A program made the position numbers and the translations under genes. Positions 18,492-29,270 of a DNA stretch of 60,822 nt are shown here, piece by piece. The notes under the pieces are model-generated. The model searched no databases and had not been told where the DNA came from. It saw nothing but the letters and a program-made list of their open reading frames with translations. Every line of letters starts with the position of its first letter. The first letter of the stretch is position 1. Source of the DNA: Candidatus Micrarchaeota archaeon (GTDB lineage: Archaea; Micrarchaeota; Micrarchaeia; Micrarchaeales; CABMGC01). The stretch lies in the NCBI GenBank assembly GCA_028866835.1, contig JAGWHJ010000004.1:1-60822 (forward strand). Direction: 5' to 3'.

Positions 18492-19706
18492 TCATCCCTG
18501 CCTGGAACTGAGGAACCTGAGCAGAAGGAATGCAAACAAGATTAATACGATTATTGCGATTATATAGAGATATAAATCAGATGGTATGCCGCTGCCCTGG
18601 CCCTGCGCCGATGACGTGTAGTTCCGGGAGATGTTCTGCTTGGCCGTGGTGGGCATGGTCGAAGGAGCAGATGATGTTTGAGGCGCCGTAGTTACACTGG
18701 TGCTCGGCTGAGACTCGAAGCCCAGCAATGCCCTAGGAACTCCAGAAAGCCGTATGGTCTCATTGTCAGGCAGATTCCCCTCTGTCACTGACGCATCGCC
18801 GCCTGCCTGACTTACCGCGAGCCCTTGCGCGGCCTCCTGCGTGTTGAGGCCGAACGTCGCTGCCGTTGGGAACGGCTGCAGTGCGCTTCCGTTCTGGTAC
18901 CCTATCCACAATTCTGCGTTTGTTTTCGTGAAAGCCGATATCTCGCCGCTGCCCTCCCCGCCTATCACAAGCTCGTCGTCGTAGAAGTTTGTTGAGTTCG
19001 GTCCCGTGGATGAGGGCGTGTAGTAGTACGGAGTTACAAGGAAATGCACGCTTGTCGAGTGAATGTTGAACGTGACATTGTCGTAGTAGAAGGTGGTGCC
19101 GTTCTGGTAGTATCCGAACTGGGCTACGGGAAGGCCGTTTGCGATGTACACGCGCATCACCGGTATAAAGCGCACAGGATAGCCGTACGGCACCGTGTAA
19201 TTGGGGAAATAGCTGTAGAAGGTGTCGTTTGCGCTCGCGCTGGCCGTGGAGTTGAAGATGCCGCCGTATCCGGAGATCGTCCCGTTGGAGACGTTCGCAA
19301 CGATGTCGCTCATGTTCCAGAGATTGTCCCCTATCGAATAGGTATGGTTGCTGGTGTTCATGTCAAGCACGTCCTGCAGCCAGTAGGAGTAGGCCTTCCC
19401 GGAACCGGACGTGATGTTTATCACTGCGTTGAGTTGCACCGTAGCGCCCTCCGCAGAGGTATTCTGCGGCGGAGTCGCGTTGTAGGCGTACATGGAATTG
19501 ACAAGCGCGTAACCCACCACCTCGTTAGTCTCGACGCGGTACGGCCCGCTGTCGTTCGAGATGTTGTAGAGGCCGTAGCTTGCTATGCCCACTGCGGCCG
19601 GAGCCGATGAGTTGATGTATGCGAGCGGGGCGACGAGCGCCTGCGCGTGTGCGCACATAGGCATTGCGGCAGCGATAAGCATGACTGCGATAAGCGCATA
19701 TCTCAT
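18492..19706 (-). CDS. Thermopsin-family acid protease, membrane anchored
   Basis: GIASYGL, VQLNAV, YWLQDV, DNLWN and ELVIGGEGSG motifs; signal peptide from ATG 19706 (ATGA overlap with topA stop); C-terminal TM. Confidence 0.85.
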   Translation of the reverse strand: MRYALIAVMLIAAAMPMCAHAQALVAPLAYINSSAPAAVGIASYGLYNISNDSGPYRVETNEVVGYALVNSMYAYNATPPQNTSAEGATVQLNAVINITSGSGKAYSYWLQDVLDMNTSNHTYSIGDNLWNMSDIVANVSNGTISGYGGIFNSTASASANDTFYSYFPNYTVPYGYPVRFIPVMRVYIANGLPVAQFGYYQNGTTFYYDNVTFNIHSTSVHFLVTPYYYTPSSTGPNSTNFYDDELVIGGEGSGEISAFTKTNAELWIGYQNGSALQPFPTAATFGLNTQEAAQGLAVSQAGGDASVTEGNLPDNETIRLSGVPRALLGFESQPSTSVTTAPQTSSAPSTMPTTAKQNISRNYTSSAQGQGSGIPSDLYLYIIAIIVLILFAFLLLRFLSSRQG

Positions 19707-21994
19707 TGGCCATCGCCGCTCTCGTTTTTCGGGGGCTTCTTCGGGCCTGCGGCTCTTTTCGCCTTCCTTGGCTTCCTCTTTTTCTCTGCTCCTGGGGCGG
19801 CTTCGGTCTTCGCCGCGGAGCGCTTGCCCCTGGCCGGCTTTGCTGCCGTGGCTGGCGCGGCGGCGTGCGCCTGCACGGCAATCTTTATGGTTTCTTTCTG
19901 TGCCGGCTGCTTTGCGGCCCTTTCCGCAGTCGCAGGTGACATTCCCTGCTCGGTTACCTTGTTCGCCCAGCCGGCCTTCGTCGGGCATGCGGGGTCGAGG
20001 TCCATCTCAAAGACCTTCTTGTCCCTCCTGAAGACCTTTATCCTCGGCGTGTGGCAGATCTCGCAGACCTTCCCTGTCGGTACGATCTTGGCGTTCTGCG
20101 GCACGGAGTAGGTCTTGTTGCACCTGGGCCAGTCGCTGCAGCCGACGAAGGTCTTGCCCATCCTCGACCTCCTGAGCAGCAGGTTGCCGTTCCCGCACGT
20201 GCACTTTCCGAGGGAGCTCTGGAGCTCGCTCTGGGCGAGCCCTTTCATGAGCTCGTCGCCTATGCTGGGCTCGTTGGTGGTGAACTCCGTTATTATCGAT
20301 GTTATTATGCCCTTCCCTTCCTTCAGCACGGCCTCCTTCTGCTTCATGCCCTTTGCTATCTCGTCCATGTCCTTCTCGAGCCTGCGCGTCATGTCCTCGT
20401 CGAGGATCTGGCCGCAGTACTTGGAGAGGGCGTTGTAGACGCTCATACCGAAGCCCGTCACCTCTATGCTGGCGTTCCTTATGTACTCCCTCCTGAAGAG
20501 CGTGTCTATGACCTCGGTCCTCGTCGCCTTGGTGCCCAGGTCCTTGCTTTCGAGCAATGAGATAAGACTCGCCTTAGTGTAGCGCTTGGGCGGTAGCGTC
20601 TTGAGCTCCTTAATGTCCGACTTCAGCTGCGAGAGCCTCTCGCCCTGGTCGAAGTGCGGCATCTCGCTCGTCTTCGGTTTGTAATGCAGATAGAAATCAA
20701 GCCAGCCGGGGCTCTTTATCGTGTCGCCCTTTGCTGCGTAAGTCTCCTCTGCCACCTGGAGCACGACTCTCGATTCCTGCAGCACAGCGCGGTCAGCGAA
20801 GCACGAGAGGAAGCGCCTTGCGACAAGGTCGTATACCTTCTCCTCCTCGTCATTGAGCCTCTGCGGGAACTCTCCGGTGGGGTATATTGCTGGGTGCGCC
20901 TCGTCCTCCTTCGCGCCTTCGATGGGCCTGAATCTTTTCTCAGAGGTGAGCTTCTCGGCAAGCGCCGAGTACTTGTCCACCTTGGCTAGCATCGAGATTA
21001 TCCTGGGCAGGTTCAGCGTAGCCGGAAGCTTCTGCGAGGACGTCCTTGGATAGGAGATGTACGAGCGCTCGTAGAGCACCTGCGCTATGGCCAGCGTCCT
21101 TGTCGGGTCGATCCTGTGCACGCGGTTCGCCTCGAGCTGCAGCGATGTGAGGTCGAAGGGAGGGAACGGGTACAGCGTCTTCTCCCTGCTCTCGACGGTC
21201 TTGACCGTGGCCTCGCCCTTCCTGGCCTGCTCGTGTATCCTCTGGGCGAGAGCCTTGTCGAAGATCTCGCCCCTTGAGTTGTCGAATGCGACGTTCCTTG
21301 CGAGTATGGTGACCCTCCAGTAAGGCTTGGGGACGAAGTCCTTTATCTCGAGCTCGCGCCTCGCCAGTATGCCTAGGGTCGGACCCTGCACCCTGCCTAT
21401 GCTCAGCGTCTTCCTGACGCCTTTCTTTGTGAGCGCGCGCATGAGCGCCCTGCTCATGTTTATGCCCCAGAACCAGTCCAGAGTGTGCCGGGTCTCACCG
21501 GCATCGAAGTTGCCCCTGTCGAACTCGTTCAGGTGCTCATAGGACTGTATGAGGTCCTGGTTAGTAGTTGTCGAGAAGCGCATCCTCATCACGTTGTGCG
21601 ATGACATCGGCCGGTTCACGTCGCCCGTGGTCACGAACCCTATTATGTTCGTCCCTATGACAGTTCCTTCTATGTCGTAGTCGCATGCGTTGATGAAGAA
21701 CTGGCACTTCTTCCCTATGCTCTCTATCGCGTCGAGGTACTTCTTCGTGTAGTAGGATTCCTTGTTGACCTTGTACGATGCGACCCACTCTATGTCGAAG
21801 AGCGGGATGCTGCCCTCGGCCTTCGCCCGTATCGTGAAGAGATGTCCTGCCGCGGCCACGATGAAGACGTTGTCCTGGCCCTGCTGGAGCTCGTAGTATC
21901 TTATGCCGTTGAAGTAGTTGGTCCTCGGCTTCCCCAAGGCCATGGCTATCCTGAGCGCAACGCTTGGCTTCTCTGCCACGATGAGCTTATTCAT
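19703..21994 (-). CDS. topA: DNA topoisomerase IA
   Basis: IVAEKPSVA, DYDIEG, SIGRVQGPTL, YISYPRT, zinc ribbon and Lys-rich tail. Confidence 0.97.
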   Translation of the reverse strand: MNKLIVAEKPSVALRIAMALGKPRTNYFNGIRYYELQQGQDNVFIVAAAGHLFTIRAKAEGSIPLFDIEWVASYKVNKESYYTKKYLDAIESIGKKCQFFINACDYDIEGTVIGTNIIGFVTTGDVNRPMSSHNVMRMRFSTTTNQDLIQSYEHLNEFDRGNFDAGETRHTLDWFWGINMSRALMRALTKKGVRKTLSIGRVQGPTLGILARRELEIKDFVPKPYWRVTILARNVAFDNSRGEIFDKALAQRIHEQARKGEATVKTVESREKTLYPFPPFDLTSLQLEANRVHRIDPTRTLAIAQVLYERSYISYPRTSSQKLPATLNLPRIISMLAKVDKYSALAEKLTSEKRFRPIEGAKEDEAHPAIYPTGEFPQRLNDEEEKVYDLVARRFLSCFADRAVLQESRVVLQVAEETYAAKGDTIKSPGWLDFYLHYKPKTSEMPHFDQGERLSQLKSDIKELKTLPPKRYTKASLISLLESKDLGTKATRTEVIDTLFRREYIRNASIEVTGFGMSVYNALSKYCGQILDEDMTRRLEKDMDEIAKGMKQKEAVLKEGKGIITSIITEFTTNEPSIGDELMKGLAQSELQSSLGKCTCGNGNLLLRRSRMGKTFVGCSDWPRCNKTYSVPQNAKIVPTGKVCEICHTPRIKVFRRDKKVFEMDLDPACPTKAGWANKVTEQGMSPATAERAAKQPAQKETIKIAVQAHAAAPATAAKPARGKRSAAKTEAAPGAEKKRKPRKAKRAAGPKKPPKNESGDGQ

Positions 21995-22030
21995 TGAAAC
22001 GCAATACCTCAGCGTGCTGGCTTGCAGGCC

Positions 22031-22264
22031 TTACTTCCTTGCCCTCTTCCTGGCCGCGGGCTTCCCGGCATGCTCCTCGGCAGGCCGCTGCTCCCTGGAC
22101 AGGGTGTAAGACATGTAGAACCCGAGGCCTATGGCTATTATGGCCGCTCCGTAGAAGACTATGCCCGGCAGCCCCAGGGCGAATGACAGTATGGCAACGA
22201 TGCTAGCCACGACAACCGCCAGGGCAAGCATGAACAGCCTTGATTCGGTACTCTCTGCCTGCAT
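22031..22264 (-). CDS. Small two-TM protein
   Basis: 77 aa, two TM helices, basic tail; first gene of the minus-strand string. Confidence 0.65.
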   Translation of the reverse strand: MQAESTESRLFMLALAVVVASIVAILSFALGLPGIVFYGAAIIAIGLGFYMSYTLSREQRPAEEHAGKPAARKRARK

Positions 22265-22334
22265 TGCAACACATTTATAACTCTGCTTGGAACTTAAAAG
22301 TTAAATAATGCTAGGTTAATGCTGAGGTCCCATC

Positions 22335-22694
22335 ATGCTGCTGGAAGCCATAGTGTTCGTTCTCGTGCTGCTGTCAGCGATGATGGCCGCCTATGCCCAG
22401 TTCATCTTCAAGAAAGGGGTCCCGAAGTTCCGTATAGACATGCGCCAGATATTCGACATGCTGAGGGCGCGTGCCGTGTACACGGGGCTGGCGCTGTACA
22501 TGGTGAGCCTGCTGATATACCTCTACGCCCTAAAGTTCGAGGACCTCTCGTTCGTGTATCCTCTCTTCTCCACAACCTTCATCTTCGTGATGCTGATAGC
22601 CAAGTTCAGGCTCAACGAGCCGGTGACATGGATGCGCGCCGGAGGCATAGCGCTCATAGTCCTCGGCATAGGGCTGGTGGTACTTAGCGGTTGA
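22335..22694 (+). CDS. EamA/SMR-like 4-TM transporter subunit (ArnE/F-like)
   Basis: AQFIFKKG..DLSFVYPL..LNEPV pattern. Confidence 0.8.
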   Translation: MLLEAIVFVLVLLSAMMAAYAQFIFKKGVPKFRIDMRQIFDMLRARAVYTGLALYMVSLLIYLYALKFEDLSFVYPLFSTTFIFVMLIAKFRLNEPVTWMRAGGIALIVLGIGLVVLSG

Positions 22695-22700
22695 TTTGAT

Positions 22701-23042
22701 ATGGCACAGAAATCCAAGCTCCTTCTTGTCTGCGTCCTCCTTGTCAGCACCAGCCTGGCAAGCATCGGCCAGCTTCTCTTCAAGCTGGGCCTGTCGCAGG
22801 CGGGTGCCATCCAGCTAGTATCCTATGTCTGCCTGGGAATAATCGTCTATGGCATGTCCATCATAGCGTACTTCTATGCGCTCGGCAGAACGCACCTGAG
22901 CTGGGGCTACGGCTTCACAGGCCTCAGCTACGCGTTCACGGCCCTGCTTGCATACCTAGTTCTCGGGGAGACGATAGGCAGCATGAGGGCGTTGGGTATA
23001 ATAGCAATAGTCATCGGGACCGTAGTGATAGGGGTCAGTTGA
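22701..23042 (+). CDS. EamA/SMR-like 4-TM transporter subunit
   Basis: GQLLFKLG..LSWGY..LGETI; tandem paralogue of the preceding gene. Confidence 0.8.
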   Translation: MAQKSKLLLVCVLLVSTSLASIGQLLFKLGLSQAGAIQLVSYVCLGIIVYGMSIIAYFYALGRTHLSWGYGFTGLSYAFTALLAYLVLGETIGSMRALGIIAIVIGTVVIGVS

Positions 23043-23904
23043 ATTGGTTTACGTAGGGCAGGTTCTTGACAAGGGCGCTGTACAGGCTCGACTTCAGCTG
23101 CCTCGTGCTCTCGAGCGTCCTCACGTGCACGGTAACCACGTAGAAGTCAATGTGGAAGTACTCCACATCTGTGGTGTACTCGTCCATCTTGTTAGCCTTC
23201 ATGACCTTCTGGACTATCTTCTGCACCTTCTCGAAAGGAACCTTTGAGCTGACATCGAACTGTATCCTCTTCATGTGCTCCTTCGCGGCCCTCCTGTAGT
23301 TGACCACGAGCGCCTGCGCCACGACGCTGTTGGGCACGTAGAAGGGCACGCTCTCGTCGTTTATCAGCTTGGTGTAAAGCAGGCCTATGCTCTCTATCGT
23401 GCCCGAGAAGCCCGGTATGAACTTGTCGTGCGGATAGCTCTGCGGCTGCAGCGTGTACTGCGCCGTAAGTATCATCACGTTGTCATTCGGCTCGAACGCC
23501 TTGCTGGCCAGCAGGTGTATTCCAGAGATGAAGTTTGACAGCGTCGACTGCGCTGCAAGGCCCAGGACTATGCCAAGGAACCCGGCCCCGACAAGGAAGC
23601 CGGTCAGGTCCTGTATGCCCACAACTATCGTGAGCAGCAGGAGCACAAGCAGGGTGTACGCTACTATCCTGAAAAGATCCCTGAGGGTCTTGGCCTCTGC
23701 TGCCGTTATCCCCTTTATTATGTAGAAGTATATCGAATTGGCTATTATCTCTATTATCGCTATGCCGAAAAGCGCCGTGTACACGCTATAGTCTATCGTC
23801 TGCTGGGGAATCAGGCTGAAGTACGTTGCCGCGTAGTATATCCCCAATGTTGCAAGTATGACAATTGCGCCCACAAGTATGACGACCTTTCGCCCCTTTC
23901 GCAT
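23035..23904 (-). CDS. mscS: Small-conductance mechanosensitive channel
   Basis: GAGFLGIVLGLAAQSTLSNFISGI, GTIESIGLLYT and VPNS motifs; start uncertain (23904 or 23928). Confidence 0.9.
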   Translation of the reverse strand: MRKGRKVVILVGAIVILATLGIYYAATYFSLIPQQTIDYSVYTALFGIAIIEIIANSIYFYIIKGITAAEAKTLRDLFRIVAYTLLVLLLLTIVVGIQDLTGFLVGAGFLGIVLGLAAQSTLSNFISGIHLLASKAFEPNDNVMILTAQYTLQPQSYPHDKFIPGFSGTIESIGLLYTKLINDESVPFYVPNSVVAQALVVNYRRAAKEHMKRIQFDVSSKVPFEKVQKIVQKVMKANKMDEYTTDVEYFHIDFYVVTVHVRTLESTRQLKSSLYSALVKNLPYVNQFN

Positions 23905-24195
23905 CCCTATCCGGTATCTACATGACATTAGAAGGATTAATAACCTTCATAGCGCCGCTTGCCTGCCCGTTTTGCTTACCGTGGGAACGGGATTCCATGG
24001 GGAATGTTTAAATATCTTTCTTTCAATAGTAGTGATTAAGCGTTTAGAGCACATTCTATTTGTCCTTCCCCACCCTCTAAACGCTTCTTTTTATGGCGTG
24101 CTTAGATTCGGGGAGTATACGCCGTATTTCTGGAAAACCTCACTCACATTTATAAACATTTAACAGCGTATTATACAATATCTTCCATCCTATAT

Positions 24196-26196
24196 ATGAT
24201 TACCATGAGGGGCTTCAAGACAACTGACGAGATAAAGATACCCGAGAAGATAGTGGATCAGGTGATAGGCCAGGACCGCGCCGTAGACATTATCAAGAAA
24301 GCCGCAAAACAGCATCGTAACGTGCTATTAATTGGAGAACCCGGGACGGGCAAGACGCTCCTCGCGCAGGCGATTGCAGAGCTCCTGCCGGTAACCAACC
24401 TCGAGGACGTACTTGTCTTCAAGAACATGAATGACGAGAACAAGCCGCTCATAAAGGTGGTGAAGACATACCCCAGCCTGAAGGACCTCTCAAAGCCCCT
24501 GGGAGACGGAGAGGGCAGGCAGCTTATCCAGAAGGAGAAGCTAAGGAACAGGATCGACACGACCAAGAGCAGGAACAGCATAACCCCGATAATAATGGTC
24601 ATAATAATAGCGCTTGTGGCGGTGACGATACTCGGATTCGTGCAGGGTTATGAGATACTCCTTGTGGCTGCGCTGATACTTGGAATACTCATCTTCGGAT
24701 CGATGCTGCTCTTCGTTGGGAGCTTCCGGCGCGTTGGCATACTTCCAGGCATGTTCGATACAAATGAGCCAAAGCTCATAGTCGACAATACGGGCATGTC
24801 CCACGCCCCGTTCCTCGATGGCACAGGCGCGAAGGCTGGCGCGCTCTTCGGGGACGTGAAGCACGACCCGCTGCAGAGCGGGGGCCTCGGGACCCCGGCG
24901 CACCTGAGGGTGGAGAGCGGTTACATACACAGGGCCAACAAAGGTGTACTGTTCATAGACGAGATAGCGGACATAGAGCCGAAGTCGCAGCAGGAGCTGC
25001 TCACGGCGATGCAGGAGAAGAAGTACTCGATAACAGGGCAGAGCGAGATGAGCTCAGGGGCGATGGTGAGGACTGAGCCGGTGCCGTGCGATTTCCTGCT
25101 CGTCGCTGCAGGAAACCTGCAGGACATACAGAAGATGCACCCCGCGCTCAGGTCAAGGATACGCGGTTACGGGTACGAGGTGTACATGGAATCGTCGATG
25201 CCTGACAACGAGGCCAACCGCGAGAAGATAGTGCGCTTCATAGCGCAGGAGGTCAAGAAGGACGGCAAGATACCCCACTTCGACTACGACGCATGCATGC
25301 TTATAGTGGAAGAGGCGAAGAGGAGGAGCGGCAGGAAGAACAGGCTTACGCTCATACTCAGGGAGCTCGGCGGAGTGGTGAGGGCCGCCGGTGACGTTGC
25401 CATCGAGAAGGGCAGGAAGGTCGTAACTAAGGAGGATGTGCGCGCCGCGTTCACGCTCTCTAAGCCGATAGAGGCGCAGTTCGTCGAGCAGACGCTTGAT
25501 TACAGGAAGGATTACAAGATCTTCAGGACAGGGGGCTATTCAATAGGAAGGGTCAACGGCCTCGCCGTTGTTGGTTCATCGTACCTGTCAGCGGGCATAG
25601 TGCTCCCGATAGTCGCTGAGGTCACAAGGGCTAGCTCAAGGACGGAGGGCAAGCTCATACCTACGGGGAAGCTCGGCAAGATAGCCAAGGAGGCCGTCAA
25701 GAACATCAGCGCCGTGATAAAGCGCCACATGAACAGGGACATGACCAGCTACGACGTTCACGTGCAGTTCATACAGACATACGAGGGGGTCGAGGGGGAC
25801 AGCGCGAGCATCTCCGTGGCGGTGGCTGTCATATCCGCAATGGAGGGCATACCCGTAGACCAGGAGATAGCGATGACGGGCTCGCTGTCCGTAAGGGGAG
25901 ACGTCCTTCCTGTTGGCGGCATAACCAACAAGATAATGGCCGCGATAGACGCCGGCATGAAGTACGTGATAATACCGGAGAGCAACTCAAAGGACATCTA
26001 CATCGAGAAGGAGACGCTGAGGAAGATAAAGGTGATACCGGTGAAGAACATAGCGGACGTGCTTGACCATTCGCTCAAGGGCGGGGCAAGGACAAACGAG
26101 ATAGTGAGGAAGCTCAGGAGGTACATAACATCGGATTCCAAGGAGAGGAAGCCGCTTGAGGCAGTTGAGTTGGTGCCGAATGCCGGAGGGGAATGA
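24196..26196 (+). CDS. lonB: Archaeal membrane-bound Lon protease (LonB)
   Basis: [10 protein letters not shown] insert, LFIDEI, EGDSAS and PVGGITNK. Confidence 0.97.
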   Translation: MITMRGFKTTDEIKIPEKIVDQVIGQDRAVDIIKKAAKQHRNVLLIGEPGTGKTLLAQAIAELLPVTNLEDVLVFKNMNDENKPLIKVVKTYPSLKDLSKPLGDGEGRQLIQKEKLRNRIDTTKSRNSITPIIMVIIIALVAVTILGFVQGYEILLVAALILGILIFGSMLLFVGSFRRVGILPGMFDTNEPKLIVDNTGMSHAPFLDGTGAKAGALFGDVKHDPLQSGGLGTPAHLRVESGYIHRANKGVLFIDEIADIEPKSQQELLTAMQEKKYSITGQSEMSSGAMVRTEPVPCDFLLVAAGNLQDIQKMHPALRSRIRGYGYEVYMESSMPDNEANREKIVRFIAQEVKKDGKIPHFDYDACMLIVEEAKRRSGRKNRLTLILRELGGVVRAAGDVAIEKGRKVVTKEDVRAAFTLSKPIEAQFVEQTLDYRKDYKIFRTGGYSIGRVNGLAVVGSSYLSAGIVLPIVAEVTRASSRTEGKLIPTGKLGKIAKEAVKNISAVIKRHMNRDMTSYDVHVQFIQTYEGVEGDSASISVAVAVISAMEGIPVDQEIAMTGSLSVRGDVLPVGGITNKIMAAIDAGMKYVIIPESNSKDIYIEKETLRKIKVIPVKNIADVLDHSLKGGARTNEIVRKLRRYITSDSKERKPLEAVELVPNAGGE

Positions 26197-27280
26197 CGCA
26201 AAGAAGAAGCTTGAGGGCCTCGGCCAGGATATAGTCAGCGACATCCGCGCCGGCAAGAACCCGACCTTCGTCACGCTTGCTAGGAAGAGGTCGAACATCA
26301 TATTCGACCAGAAGACCGGTTACCTGAAGCTCGGGCGCGCAAAGGAGGAGCGCGACTTCGTCAACGTCGCTCAGTCGAAGAGGTTCATGCAGACGGTGGC
26401 GATCGCTGCTAAATGCCACAAGTTCGTGAAGGAGAACCTCCACACGACCATAAGGGGACTTTTCTACCAGCTGAAATACTCGCTGGGCGAGGACGTCGAC
26501 GAGAACATATTCAACGAGCAGGCCGAATCAAATCCGCTCATCGAGGACCTCGAGGTGGCGCTCAGCCTCACCAGGGAGCAGCTCAACCTCAACGCGAACA
26601 GGAAGGGCGTGCTTGCGGGGAACCTGAAGATAATAGACACGTTCGGCAACGAGAGGATACAGATAGACTGCAGCAAGCAGGGGAGGAGCGGCTGGGCCAT
26701 ACCGAGCGACGTTGACAACGACATAGAGTTCGTCGACCTCAAGGCGAAGTATGCCATCGTTGTGGAGAAGGACGCGCTATGGCAGAGGCTCAACGAGGAC
26801 GGCTTCTGGAAGAAGGAGAACGCCATACTGATAACACCGCAGGGCCAGGCAGCGAGGGGCACTAGGCGCCTGATAAGGAAGCTTGCGGACATGGGCCTCC
26901 CGATCTACGTCTTCACTGATTCGGATGCGTGGGGATGGTACATATACTGGACCATAAAGACCGGCAGCATAAATCTCGCGCACATAGGCGAGAACGTCGC
27001 AACTCCCGAGGCCAGGTTCATAGGCGTCACGATGTCCGATCTGGACAGGTACGACTTCCTCAACAAGCTGACGATGAATGCGAGCGATGTCGACCTGAAG
27101 AGGGCGCAGGAGATGCTAAGGTACGACTGGATAAAGAAGAGCAGGGAGTGGGTCACCGAGCTGGAGCGGATGATAAAGCTGAAGAAGAAGCTCGAGCAGG
27201 ACGCGCTGCAGGGGCCTAGGCTCACCTTCGTCGACGATTACATAAAGGAGAAGATAAGGAACAAGGAGTACCTGCCTTGA
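26180..27280 (+). CDS. top6A: DNA topoisomerase VI subunit A
   Basis: [19 protein letters not shown] and KLEQDAL; ATG at 26180. Confidence 0.95.
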   Translation: MPEGNDAKKKLEGLGQDIVSDIRAGKNPTFVTLARKRSNIIFDQKTGYLKLGRAKEERDFVNVAQSKRFMQTVAIAAKCHKFVKENLHTTIRGLFYQLKYSLGEDVDENIFNEQAESNPLIEDLEVALSLTREQLNLNANRKGVLAGNLKIIDTFGNERIQIDCSKQGRSGWAIPSDVDNDIEFVDLKAKYAIVVEKDALWQRLNEDGFWKKENAILITPQGQAARGTRRLIRKLADMGLPIYVFTDSDAWGWYIYWTIKTGSINLAHIGENVATPEARFIGVTMSDLDRYDFLNKLTMNASDVDLKRAQEMLRYDWIKKSREWVTELERMIKLKKKLEQDALQGPRLTFVDDYIKEKIRNKEYLP

Positions 27281-27330
27281 TGGGATTTGTAGGTAACGCA
27301 TAAATATTTATCATCGCACATAAGGCTAAT

Positions 27331-27708
27331 GTGGCGACGGTAAGAAGCATCCTTAACAGGCACGCTGGTGCAAATGTAGAGATAGATAGTTCGATTAAGC
27401 GTCCCCTTCATGATCTGCTCCTTGAGGTGGCGCGTCATAAGATGCATAGATACAAAATAAGGCGTAACCTATCTCCAGGGGCGCATGTGTCAATGAAGGA
27501 CGACATAGACCCTGGGACAGGTAATGGCAAAGTACATGAAGTTGGGGAGCCGGTGGCATTCGGAAACAGGATATTCACTTTCAAGACCGAAGGCGGCGAC
27601 ACGGTAAATATGTTCTACAGAAGCGTTTCGCATGTGATGGTACCGCAAAATGAAGCAGCAGCAGAGAGATCGACGTACAGGCGGCTGTCCATGGTTTTTA
27701 GGCATTAG
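27331..27708 (+). CDS. Hypothetical protein
   Basis: 125-aa ORF filling the gap, preceded by TAAATATTTA. Confidence 0.55.
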   Translation: MATVRSILNRHAGANVEIDSSIKRPLHDLLLEVARHKMHRYKIRRNLSPGAHVSMKDDIDPGTGNGKVHEVGEPVAFGNRIFTFKTEGGDTVNMFYRSVSHVMVPQNEAAAERSTYRRLSMVFRH

Positions 27709-27715
27709 CCGTGCT

Positions 27716-28351
27716 TCAGGCTTTTACATTGCTGCTTGGGCAAACATCATTGAGCACGCACCTGTAGCACTGTTTGTCCCTCGCCTTGCAAGCGTCCCTC
27801 CCAAGCTCTATGAAGAGGTTCGACGCTATGCCCCACTCGCTTCTTGGTATCTTCCTCAGAAGGTCCAGCTCGACCTTGTGCGGATCCTTGTGCCTCGAGA
27901 TGCCCATCCTCCTGGCGACTCTTCCGCAATGGGTATCCACGGCGATTCCCTCGTTTATGCCGTAGCCCTCGTTCAGTATGACGTTCGCGACCTTCCTGCC
28001 CACGCCGTAGAGTTCCGTGAGCTCCAGCATCGTGCGCGGGACCTTGCCGCTGAAGCGCTCGCGTATCTCCTTCGACGCGCGCGTAAGGTTCCTTGCCTTA
28101 GTCTTGTAATAATTCAGCCCGCTGAGGCCGGCCTCGAGCCTCTTGGGATCTGCATCAGCATAATCGGAGAATGTGCGGTACTTCCTGAAAAGCGCCTTTG
28201 TGACATTGTTCACCTGCTTGTCAGTGCATTGGGGCGAGAGCAGTACAGCAACGAAGAGCTCGGTCATGTTCTTGTGCACCAGCTGGGTGTGAGGCATTCC
28301 GTACCTATCGGACAGCCTTTTCAGGACAAGCTTAACGTATCCTCCCCTCAT
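27716..28351 (-). CDS. nth: Endonuclease III
   Basis: LLSPQCTDKQVN, HhH LYGVGRKVANV, VDTH and Cx6Cx2Cx5C. Confidence 0.95.
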   Translation of the reverse strand: MRGGYVKLVLKRLSDRYGMPHTQLVHKNMTELFVAVLLSPQCTDKQVNNVTKALFRKYRTFSDYADADPKRLEAGLSGLNYYKTKARNLTRASKEIRERFSGKVPRTMLELTELYGVGRKVANVILNEGYGINEGIAVDTHCGRVARRMGISRHKDPHKVELDLLRKIPRSEWGIASNLFIELGRDACKARDKQCYRCVLNDVCPSSNVKA

Positions 28352-28389
28352 GCTTTTAAAGATGCGAATTCACTAATAAAATAGTTTCT

Positions 28390-29220
28390 ATGGAGAGGGA
28401 ACCGGCAGTTGCAGGGGCATTCTATCCTGATGACAGCATCAGGCTTTCGAAGCTTGTCGACGAGTACCTCAAGGAGGCAAAGCTTGAGGGGCTTGATCCC
28501 GATGGCGCGGTGTCCTATGTTGCGCCGCATGCAGGGTACATATATTCGGGTAGGACAGCAGCCTACACGTTCAAGGCGCTATCGAAAAGGAGGGATCTGG
28601 GCAACGCAACGTTTGTACTGATAGGGCCCAACCATACCGGAGACGGCACAGCCCTGTCCATCTCCGGAGCCGATTGGATGACGCCTTTGGGCAAGGCCAG
28701 CAATGACATTGAACTGACAAAGAGGATAGCCGGCATGTCCAAGTTCATATCCATTGAGGAGAGGGCGCATGCGCGGGAGCATTCGATAGAGGTGGAGCTT
28801 CCCTTTCTCCAGCGGGTTGTCAAGAACCCGAGATGCTGCTTCATATGCATGGGCGACCAGGGATACGAAGCTGCGAAGATGCTCTGCAAGGCGATAACCG
28901 ACGCGGCCGTGGAGCTCAAGCGGAATATAGTGATAATAGCCAGCTCTGACTTCAACCATTACGAATCAGCGGAGGTCGCGAAGGGAAAGGACATGCCTGC
29001 GATAGGCGCGCTAAGATCCCTTGACACGGAGAAGTTCAACGAGCTGATAGACAGGCTTGGCGATACCGCATGCGGTCATGGGCCGATAACGGTGGCTGCG
29101 ATGTACGCCAAGGCGAACCGCGCAAGGATCGGGAAACTCATGAAGTACGCCACGTCCGGCGATGCGAACGGTGACTACGATTCTGTTGTTGCGTACGCAA
29201 GCATCATATTCGCGCGGTGA
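28390..29220 (+). CDS. MEMO1-family protein (AmmeMemoRadiSam protein B)
   Basis: REPAVAGAFYP, PHAGYIYSG, EHSIEV and SSDFNHY. Confidence 0.93.
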   Translation: MEREPAVAGAFYPDDSIRLSKLVDEYLKEAKLEGLDPDGAVSYVAPHAGYIYSGRTAAYTFKALSKRRDLGNATFVLIGPNHTGDGTALSISGADWMTPLGKASNDIELTKRIAGMSKFISIEERAHAREHSIEVELPFLQRVVKNPRCCFICMGDQGYEAAKMLCKAITDAAVELKRNIVIIASSDFNHYESAEVAKGKDMPAIGALRSLDTEKFNELIDRLGDTACGHGPITVAAMYAKANRARIGKLMKYATSGDANGDYDSVVAYASIIFAR

Positions 29221-29270
29221 ATAGAATATTTAAGTATGTTCATTGCGAAGTCTAAGCTGGTGGCAAACCG

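Noticed and set aside
19707-19988. N-terminal extension of the thermopsin ORF in the ORF track
   Set aside because: It overlaps the topA 3' end; the signal peptide and ATGA coupling place the start at 19706.
27650-28384. 244-aa plus-strand ORF
   Set aside because: Antisense shadow of nth with no motifs.
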